Shown here: positions 1-5,967 of the stretch, piece by piece | Layout: the number at the start of each line of letters is the position of its first letter | How positions within the stretch are numbered: the stretch's first letter is position 1 | NCBI GenBank assembly: GCA_964606455.1 | Contig: CAZSGZ010000004.1 | Coordinates: 23,259 to 40,525 of the forward strand | Length of the DNA stretch: 17,267 nt | Direction: 5' to 3' | Origin: an uncultured Spirochaetales bacterium | GTDB lineage: Bacteria > Spirochaetota > Spirochaetia > SPDA01 > CAZSGZ01 | Translations under genes and position numbers: made by a program | Notes under the pieces: model-generated | Database searches by the model: none | Told to the model about the DNA's origin: nothing | Seen by the model: the letters and a program-made list of their open reading frames with translations, nothing else

Positions 1-318
1 GACAACACTCCCCCGCGGGTAACAATTAAACCTGCCGAAGCGCTTATCGACCTTCAGGGTTCGAAGTACACCACCTCCGCAAATAAGTTCAGCGTACGGG
101 CATACGACAATGTTGCCGGTGTAAAAGAAGTCCTTGTTTCCGTCGACCGGGGCGAGTACTTTACCTACACAGAACCGGTCAGCGTACAGGGCGCGGGGTT
201 TCATTCCATTAGAGCAAAAGCGGTGGATTATCTCGACAATGCCTCCAAGGCCGTTGAACTCGGTTTTTATATCGATACCGACCTGCCGGATACGGGCTAC
301 GAAATTCTCATCGACTGA
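1..318 (+). CDS. 3' fragment (C-terminal 105 aa) of a larger secreted/surface protein. The tail resembles the chitobiase/hexosaminidase C-terminal (OmpL47-type) Ig-like beta-sandwich domain. The 5' end lies outside the window.
   Basis: Frame +1 is open from base 1 to TGA at 316-318. The translation ...AYDNVAGVKEVLVSVDRGEYFTYTEPVSVQGAGFHSIRAKAVDYLDNASK... fits the pattern A-D-x-AG-V-x(n)-DGG-W-x-Y-x-P-x(n)-G-H-x(4)-RA-D-x-AGN-x-E typical of that domain. A rho-independent terminator follows immediately. Confidence 0.5.
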   Translation, partial: DNTPPRVTIKPAEALIDLQGSKYTTSANKFSVRAYDNVAGVKEVLVSVDRGEYFTYTEPVSVQGAGFHSIRAKAVDYLDNASKAVELGFYIDTDLPDTGYEILID

Positions 319-346
319 ATATAAAAAACCTGAAAGAACTATAGAC

Positions 347-382
347 GGGGCTGTCCGGCTGAAAGGCAGCCCCGTTTTTTTT
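347..382 (+). terminator. Rho-independent terminator of the upstream gene
   Basis: GC-rich inverted repeat GGGGCTG (347-353) / CAGCCCC (367-373), directly followed by a T8 run (375-382). It sits 29 nt after the stop codon. Confidence 0.6.
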
Positions 383-421
383 ACTGTTTTTACGGCCTTT
401 TCGCCGTGTTCAATTTAACAC

Positions 422-450
422 TTTACCCCTGCCGGTATATGGTGTAGAGT
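422..450 (+). promoter_or_regulatory. Putative sigma70-type promoter of the SPFH operon
   Basis: TTTACC (422-427), then a 17-bp spacer, then TAGAGT (445-450). A GGAGGTGA Shine-Dalgarno sequence lies at 484-491, with ATG at 494. Confidence 0.35.
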
Positions 451-493
451 ATTTTGATCCAAAAGGAAATCTTTCACATATCGGAGGTGAACC

Positions 494-1528
494 ATGGGAC
501 TATGGGACAGAGTTAAGGGGCAGCTTCGGTCCGTTATTGAATGGACAAACCCCGAACCGGACGCGCTGTTTGAAAAGTGGTCGGACAGAGGGGATGAAAT
601 AAAAAACGCTTCCAAGCTTATTGTCGGTCCGGGACAGGGCTGCATTTTTGTATACGAGGGGAAAGTGGAGGCCGTTCTGATGGATGAAGGGATCCGGGAA
701 TTGAAAACGGAAAACGTGCCCTTTTGGACCACCATTTCCAAATTTATGCAGGCCTTCGAGAGTGAACACAAAGTCGGTCTTTATTTTTTCCGTACAACCC
801 AAATACTCGACCAAAAATGGGGAACACCTTCGGTTGTAAAATATGAAGACCCGAAATACAAGTTTCCGGTGGGCCTGCGTGCCTTCGGGAATTACAGCTT
901 CCGGATAACAGATCCGAGGTCCTTTTTTGTCAATGTCGTAGGGGGTGAAAATATCTACCGGATAAGCAACTTCAAACAGGTTATGGGCGCCCGGCTTATT
1001 CATCCCTTAGCGGACCTCCTTGCGGAAAGCCATTTTACCTACACCGAAATCGACGCGAACAGAGAGGAAATCGGGCAGGGGATGGAAAAGAAACTGATCG
1101 AGGAATTTGCCGACTTCGGCTTTGATTTTCTCGATTTCCGCATTGAAGGCACCAGTTTCGACGACGACACTATGCGGAGAATTAACAGAATCGCGGACAT
1201 GAGCGCCGAAGCACAGGCAGCCGCGGCCGCGGGACTCAATTACGCTCAGATGCAGCAGTTGGATGCCATGCGCGACCTGGCCCAGAACGAAGGGGCCGCG
1301 GGCGCCGGTGTCGGCTTGGGAGCCGGAATGGGAGCCGGAATGGGGTTCGGCCAGATGATGCAGAATTCCTTCTCCTCCATGGGGGGACAACAGCAAAACC
1401 AGGCGCAGGCGGCGGACCCGAACGATCCGATGGTCAAACTGCAGAAACTGAAGCAGCTTCTGGACAACGGTCTTATTACCCGGGAAGAATACGACTCAAA
1501 GAAAAAAGAGATTCTCGCGTCCATGTAG
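494..1528 (+). CDS. SPFH/band-7 domain protein (YdjI-like, PF13421-type) with a Gly/Met/Gln-rich linker and a C-terminal SHOCT domain
   Basis: This is a 344-aa ORF with a strong SD (GGAGG, 7 nt upstream). The N-terminus MGLWDRVKGQLRSVIEW...LIVGPGQGCIFVYEGK is characteristic of this SPFH subfamily, which is also annotated 'virion core protein-like'. The C-terminus MVKLQKLKQLLDNGLITREEYDSKKKEIL matches the SHOCT consensus (LxxLKxLLDxGxITxEEYxxKKxxLL). There is no TM segment, so the protein is cytosolic or membrane-peripheral. Confidence 0.85.
   Translation: MGLWDRVKGQLRSVIEWTNPEPDALFEKWSDRGDEIKNASKLIVGPGQGCIFVYEGKVEAVLMDEGIRELKTENVPFWTTISKFMQAFESEHKVGLYFFRTTQILDQKWGTPSVVKYEDPKYKFPVGLRAFGNYSFRITDPRSFFVNVVGGENIYRISNFKQVMGARLIHPLADLLAESHFTYTEIDANREEIGQGMEKKLIEEFADFGFDFLDFRIEGTSFDDDTMRRINRIADMSAEAQAAAAAGLNYAQMQQLDAMRDLAQNEGAAGAGVGLGAGMGAGMGFGQMMQNSFSSMGGQQQNQAQAADPNDPMVKLQKLKQLLDNGLITREEYDSKKKEILASM
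1319..1342 (+). repeat. Perfect tandem 12-bp repeat (GGAGCCGGAATG x2) encoding GAGMGAGMG within the SPFH linker
   Basis: ggagccggaatg ggagccggaatg is read directly from the sequence. It sits in a low-complexity Gly/Ala/Met/Gln linker between the SPFH and SHOCT domains. Confidence 0.7.
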
Positions 1529-1554
1529 CCAGGTCCTTGTACAAGGAGTAAATC

Positions 1555-3381
1555 ATGAAGAAATCAATGTTGTGGAAGGTCCTCATCTGTATAGTTCTCC
1601 TCCTGTTTGTAGCGGCAGGTGCCGCCTTGGCCCGTGCGGGAGGCGCGGGGGGTGGGAGCAGCCGCAGCGGCAGCGGGGGCGGCGGCGGTGACGGTCTGGG
1701 AGGACTGGTTATTTATATATTTATCCTCCTTGTACAGGCAATCGGTGTTATCCCTACGCTGATTCTTATTGCCGTTATTGTTCTCGTTGCCTTTCTGGTA
1801 AAGCGGAAAAAGGCGCGGCAGACGGTGCTGAAAACCCTTACGAAGGAACAGCGTCCCCTTGACCGGGTACAAGGCTACGGCCGTTTCAAGCAGAATAATT
1901 CCGATTTTTCCGCGGATGAGTTTTTCGATAAAGTAAAAACTGCTTTTATTTCCATCCAGAAAGCGTGGTCGAACCAGGACCTTTCCAAAGTCCGCCGCTA
2001 CATTTCCGACGGTGTCTTTCAGCGCTTCAATACCCAATTCAAAATGATGGCCCTGCTGAAACAGGAAAATCCCGTATCGGACATTATGGTCAACAACATC
2101 TCCATCGACCGGTTCGAAGTAGACGGAAACTACGATATTATCCACGCCGCCGTTACGGCTACCATGTACGACCAGTTCGTCTGCAAAACCAATCCTCAGC
2201 TGAACAGCCCGGGAGGCCGTGAAACATTTCTTGAATACTGGTCCTTTATCCGGAAGCGGGGGATGGAGCATAAGGACATCTATCATACCCATGAATGCCC
2301 GAAATGTTCCGCCCCCTTAAGCGACAATATGGGGGAAATTGGGAAATGCGCATACTGCGGAGCAATGGTCAACAGCGGCGAATTCGACTGGGTATTGTCG
2401 GAAATAACCCAGGCGGACGATTATGCCCGGCAGAACCTTATCCAGAAAGCGGAAAATCTGAAAAAAACCACCGCCTCCCTCGTCTCGGAATACAGCGATT
2501 TTGCCGTCCAGCTGGTGGAAGACAAGGCAAGCAACGGCTATCTGCAGATAAAAACCGCCGAAGTAATGAAAGACCCGGCAATTATGCGCAGGTTCGTAAC
2601 GGACAAGGCCTTCGAGAAAATCAAAAACGGGATCCCGGATGAGCGGATCGTCTACAACCGCCTCTTCCTCAACGATATGACCCTGGTGGCTGCACAGAAG
2701 GAGGAAAAAACAAATACTCTCACCTTCTCGGTAACCATCTCCTATCAGCGGGTAAAACTGATCGATAACGATTCCGCGTTAATTATCGACCCCTACATTC
2801 AGACCCATACGGAATTCCTGCAGATGGAGCGCCAGGCGAAAGAGGGAGGCAGCAAGGGGTCGCTCTACGCCCACACGTGTCCCAGCTGCGGCGCGTCGAT
2901 CCAGGACTCTCTGGACATCAACTGCGCCTACTGCGGCAATCCCCTGAACAATCTGGCAAATGAATGGATAATAAAAGACATTCTCACATTCGAAGGGTAT
3001 AAAAACTACATAAGCGGCGCCGGACGAACCCTGCAGAACAAGGTTTCTTCGAAAGTTATCGACAGTCTGTACGATGTCAAGGATTACGCCTTCAACAATG
3101 TGATGATTATGATAAGCGCCGACGGCGTTTTCGCGGAAGAGGAAAAACAGATGGCAGGAGAACTGGCACGGAAATGGAGTTACCGGATCGACCGTTTAGA
3201 ACCTCTGTTCGATATGGCCCGTTCAGGCCGGCTCTCAATACGGATGCCGGAAGACGCGGGAAAACGGAAGAAGATATACGATCTTATGGTAAAATTCGCC
3301 GAAGCGGACAATAGGATTGCCCCGGAGGAAAAGGAACTCCTTGCCTTTGTTCGGGAGGAATACCTGGAGGAGAGCGATTAA
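1555..3381 (+). CDS. Membrane-anchored multidomain protein. It has an N-terminal signal/anchor plus a Gly-rich segment and TM helix, two tandem Tim44-like domains each followed by a double-CxxC zinc ribbon (YdjG-like), and a C-terminal TerB-like domain.
   Basis: The 608-aa ORF has SD AAGGAG 6 nt upstream and starts 26 nt after the SPFH gene, consistent with an operon. The N-terminus is MKKSMLWKVLICIVLLLFVAAGAALARA, then GGAGGGSSRSGSGGGGGDGLGG, then the hydrophobic GLVIYIFILLVQAIGVIPTLILIAVIVLVAFLV followed by KRKKARQ. Module A contains AFISIQKAWSNQDLSKVRRYISDGVFQRF...ETFLEYWSFIR (Tim44/NTF2-like signature) followed by CPKCSAPL...CAYCGAMV. Module B contains LQIKTAEVMKDP...THTEFLQMER followed by CPSCGASI...CAYCGNPL. 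The C-terminus has two ADG-type helical repeats (ISADGVFAEEEKQ ... AEADNRIAPEEKELL) typical of TerB. Confidence 0.85.
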   Translation: MKKSMLWKVLICIVLLLFVAAGAALARAGGAGGGSSRSGSGGGGGDGLGGLVIYIFILLVQAIGVIPTLILIAVIVLVAFLVKRKKARQTVLKTLTKEQRPLDRVQGYGRFKQNNSDFSADEFFDKVKTAFISIQKAWSNQDLSKVRRYISDGVFQRFNTQFKMMALLKQENPVSDIMVNNISIDRFEVDGNYDIIHAAVTATMYDQFVCKTNPQLNSPGGRETFLEYWSFIRKRGMEHKDIYHTHECPKCSAPLSDNMGEIGKCAYCGAMVNSGEFDWVLSEITQADDYARQNLIQKAENLKKTTASLVSEYSDFAVQLVEDKASNGYLQIKTAEVMKDPAIMRRFVTDKAFEKIKNGIPDERIVYNRLFLNDMTLVAAQKEEKTNTLTFSVTISYQRVKLIDNDSALIIDPYIQTHTEFLQMERQAKEGGSKGSLYAHTCPSCGASIQDSLDINCAYCGNPLNNLANEWIIKDILTFEGYKNYISGAGRTLQNKVSSKVIDSLYDVKDYAFNNVMIMISADGVFAEEEKQMAGELARKWSYRIDRLEPLFDMARSGRLSIRMPEDAGKRKKIYDLMVKFAEADNRIAPEEKELLAFVREEYLEESD

Positions 3382-3824
3382 GGGGTTATGGCAAGCTCTA
3401 AACGGGTAATGAACTGCGGGTTCGTCTGCCTGTAAAATCCGTACACTTCCACCGCGCAGCGCCCCGGGGTTTCCGCGGTAAAATAGGCCGTCCTGTCACG
3501 GGCCGGGTACGACACCTTTCCGTCCTCATCCACCACCCGGTCCTCCTCCGTAACCGCCGCGTAGTCAATCGTGCCGGCCGTCGGCGGATCCACCACCCAA
3601 TGCAGCCGATAGACAGACCGAAACCGTTCCGGCAGCGTCAGTTCCAATTGAATGATGTCCTCCACATGGAGGCTCCGCCGTTCCGCTTGAATTTCCCCCT
3701 GCAAATCGGAATGGTCGGCAAACACATCGATCCAGTTCCTGGCAAATATGGTTACCACGTAAAAACTGGCGAGAATAAAAACAGTTACCAGTGCAATGAG
3801 GCCTATCGGCCGTTTCCGCTTCAT
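3378..3824 (-). CDS. Small bitopic membrane protein of unknown function, translationally coupled to the upstream Mo-enzyme gene. It has an N-terminal KRKR motif, one TM helix, and a predicted extracytoplasmic ~110-aa domain.
   Basis: The 148-aa ORF has a GGAGG SD 7 nt upstream, and its ATG overlaps the TGA of the upstream gene (ATGA). The N-terminus is MKRKRPIGLIALVTVFILASFYVVTIFA. No recognisable catalytic motifs. Confidence 0.65.
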   Translation of the reverse strand: MKRKRPIGLIALVTVFILASFYVVTIFARNWIDVFADHSDLQGEIQAERRSLHVEDIIQLELTLPERFRSVYRLHWVVDPPTAGTIDYAAVTEEDRVVDEDGKVSYPARDRTAYFTAETPGRCAVEVYGFYRQTNPQFITRLELAITP

Positions 3825-5947
3825 TGTACCGCCTCCCCCCGCGGCACCCGCACTTCCACCCGGGTCGAGTGGGTCCTCGAACCGCTGCTGGGCATGGTCG
3901 GCTCGGCGGACGTGCAGAAATTCGGATTGTCGGCATGTTCCGGTCCGCCGGGACCGGATGCCGGCCAGCTCCCCTGGGAAACGGCAACAACCCCCGGCAT
4001 GACACTGTCCGATATTTTGACCCGGACCGAAAACGACCCGGTTGCCGAGGTTACCTCGGCGGTCATTCCGTCGGCCAGCCCCCGCGCTTCAGCGTCCCGG
4101 AAATGGATACCAATTTCCGGCCGGTCCATCTCCGCGGACCACCCGATATTGCCGTTTTGGGAATTTACCCTGCTTCTCGCGTGGGGCGTTATCAGCGACA
4201 GGGGATGTTCCGGCTCCTCACAGGTAAACCGGGGCAGCGGGACCGCGGGAAACCCCGTTTCCTCTTCGTAGCGCCGGGAGGACAGCTCGATTTTTCCGGT
4301 GTCCGTTGCAAGGGGATGCGCCTCCGGGTCCCGCCTAAAGTCGGAAAAGGCCGTCCGGTGATGGGCTCCGCCGTCGTATATGCCCGTCCGGAAAAACTCC
4401 TCCCGATTTTCTACCTCGGAGTTTTCAATACACCAGTCTACCCACTCCTCCGCGCTCCTCCCGCCGGTAAACGCATCTCCAACGCCCAGTTTTTCCGCTA
4501 AAAGGGCAAAGATCTCATAATCGTCCTTCACCTTCCCTGCGGGAAGCACCGCGCGGCGGGAGTACAACAGATAATTTAAACCGTTTTTAACAAGGTCGTT
4601 CCGTTCCAAGAAGGTGCTGACCGGAAACACGACGTCGCAGTAGCGGGCGGTGGCGGTAAGAAACATCTCATGGCAAATGGAGAATTCCGGCTTCAGCAGC
4701 GCGCGGATATTTTTCCGTATATCGCTTCCCTGAATGCAGTAGTTGCCGCCCGCGTTGTATATACCCCGCACATCCGCGGAGTACCCGCCGGCCCTGCCGT
4801 TAAGGACCCAGTCCGCCCATGGGTAAACGGGAATTTTCACCGTTTTCTCCGATTCCAGCGCGGGAATCACCCCGCAAGCCGGTGTCGGCAGGCTTCCCCA
4901 GCACTTCCCGCCGGAACTTCCCCCGATACGCCCGATATTCCCGGTGAACGCCTGCAAGGCAACCGCAAGCCGCGACGTTTCCTCTCCCCCCCATGTCCGC
5001 TGAATGGACAAACCGGGAATGAGGGCGGCGGGTTTTGCGGTTCCGTAGATACCCGCGAGCCGCCTGATTTCAGCGGCGGGCACCCCGCAGACAGCTTCCG
5101 CCCATTCCGGCGTGCGGACAACACCGTCGGTCCGGCCGGTGACCATTTTTTTTATATCCTCCCCCCCCGTGCAGTACTCTTCAAGAAATTCCTCATCCGT
5201 ATTCCCCGTTTCCAGCAGTACCTGCAGCAGCGCGCACATCAGCGCCGCGTCCGTACCGGGATAGACCGGTATCCACTCAGCCCCGCAGCGGGAAACCGTT
5301 CTGCTTTCCCTCGGGTCGATAACGAAAACCGGCGTCCCCTTCTCCCGGGCTTTTCGGACCCAGTATTCCATGTTCGGACCGAAACGGGTATCGCTGATAT
5401 TCGCCCCCCATAGAAGAATGCACGCCGATTCGGTCAGGCCCGCGGGATCGAAGCCGGTAAGCTCCGTACCGAACATATAGGGCATGACAAAACGGACCGC
5501 CCGTTCGCTGTAGTTGCCGTCGGTACCCGAATAGCCTCCGAGAATGCTGAAAAACCGTTTCGGAAGCCGGGAAGTATTGTGCACGGCACCCCTGCAGGAA
5601 CCGGACCCTCCGAGATGCAGGATAGAGTTTGCTCCGAACCTGCCTATGAGGTTATCGAGGCCGCGGGCGGCATAGTCGAGGGCTTCGTCCCAGGAAGCCT
5701 CCCGAAATTGTCCGCTTCCCCGTTCTCCCTCCCGGATTAAAGGACGCAGCAGCCGGTCTTTATGATACAGCGTATCGGCATACCGGTATCCCCGGATACA
5801 CCCGGACATATCCGCCGGACTTAAGGGGTTGTCTTTCAGCTGAATGACCTTTCCCTCCGCGGTTTCGGCAATAAGGGGACAGCCTCCGCCGCAGTCCCTG
5901 TTGCAGCTCACCGGAATGCTTCCGGAGGGTAGTATTGCAGTAGTCAT
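3821..5947 (-). CDS. Molybdopterin (bis-MGD) oxidoreductase catalytic subunit of the DMSO-reductase family. It has a DmsA-type N-terminal [4Fe-4S] motif and is cytoplasmic (no Tat signal).
   Basis: This is a 708-aa ORF. The N-terminus MTTAILPSGSIPVSCNRDCGGGCPL...MSGCIRGY gives a Cx3Cx3C...C cluster motif, which compares with E. coli DmsA CTVNCGSRCPL. It has the typical MopB core and a C-terminal MGD-binding barrel region (...PGVVAVSQGSW...). There is no RRxF twin-arginine leader and no adjacent FeS (DmsB-like) or membrane-anchor (DmsC-like) gene. Confidence 0.85.
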   Translation of the reverse strand: MTTAILPSGSIPVSCNRDCGGGCPLIAETAEGKVIQLKDNPLSPADMSGCIRGYRYADTLYHKDRLLRPLIREGERGSGQFREASWDEALDYAARGLDNLIGRFGANSILHLGGSGSCRGAVHNTSRLPKRFFSILGGYSGTDGNYSERAVRFVMPYMFGTELTGFDPAGLTESACILLWGANISDTRFGPNMEYWVRKAREKGTPVFVIDPRESRTVSRCGAEWIPVYPGTDAALMCALLQVLLETGNTDEEFLEEYCTGGEDIKKMVTGRTDGVVRTPEWAEAVCGVPAAEIRRLAGIYGTAKPAALIPGLSIQRTWGGEETSRLAVALQAFTGNIGRIGGSSGGKCWGSLPTPACGVIPALESEKTVKIPVYPWADWVLNGRAGGYSADVRGIYNAGGNYCIQGSDIRKNIRALLKPEFSICHEMFLTATARYCDVVFPVSTFLERNDLVKNGLNYLLYSRRAVLPAGKVKDDYEIFALLAEKLGVGDAFTGGRSAEEWVDWCIENSEVENREEFFRTGIYDGGAHHRTAFSDFRRDPEAHPLATDTGKIELSSRRYEEETGFPAVPLPRFTCEEPEHPLSLITPHARSRVNSQNGNIGWSAEMDRPEIGIHFRDAEARGLADGMTAEVTSATGSFSVRVKISDSVMPGVVAVSQGSWPASGPGGPEHADNPNFCTSAEPTMPSSGSRTHSTRVEVRVPRGEAVQ

Positions 5948-5967
5948 GCCGTATATAATACACGACC
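5948..5967. promoter_or_regulatory. 20-bp divergent intergenic region containing TATATAATA. It is a candidate shared/overlapping -10 element for both flanking, near-leaderless genes.
   Basis: The sequence between minus-strand ATG (5947) and plus-strand ATG (5968) is GCCGTATATAATACACGACC. TATAAT lies at 5954-5959, 8 nt upstream of ATG 5968. The reverse complement TATTATATA lies 4-9 nt upstream of the minus-strand ATG. Neither gene has a recognisable SD. Confidence 0.3.

Noticed and set aside
1965-2642. Small plus-frame ORFs 1965-2222 and 2295-2642, plus the minus ORF 1564-2292, inside the Tim44/TerB gene
   Set aside because: They are embedded in a CDS with coherent domain architecture. Their Arg/Pro-rich translations are typical of off-frame GC-rich sequence.
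3600-5413. Long plus-strand ORFs (3600-4271, 3824-4501, 4670-5413) antisense to the Mo-enzyme gene
   Set aside because: They lie entirely within and opposite a well-supported 708-aa CDS. Their translations are Arg/Pro/Gly-rich low-complexity typical of GC-rich antisense frames. They have no SD and no recognisable motifs.
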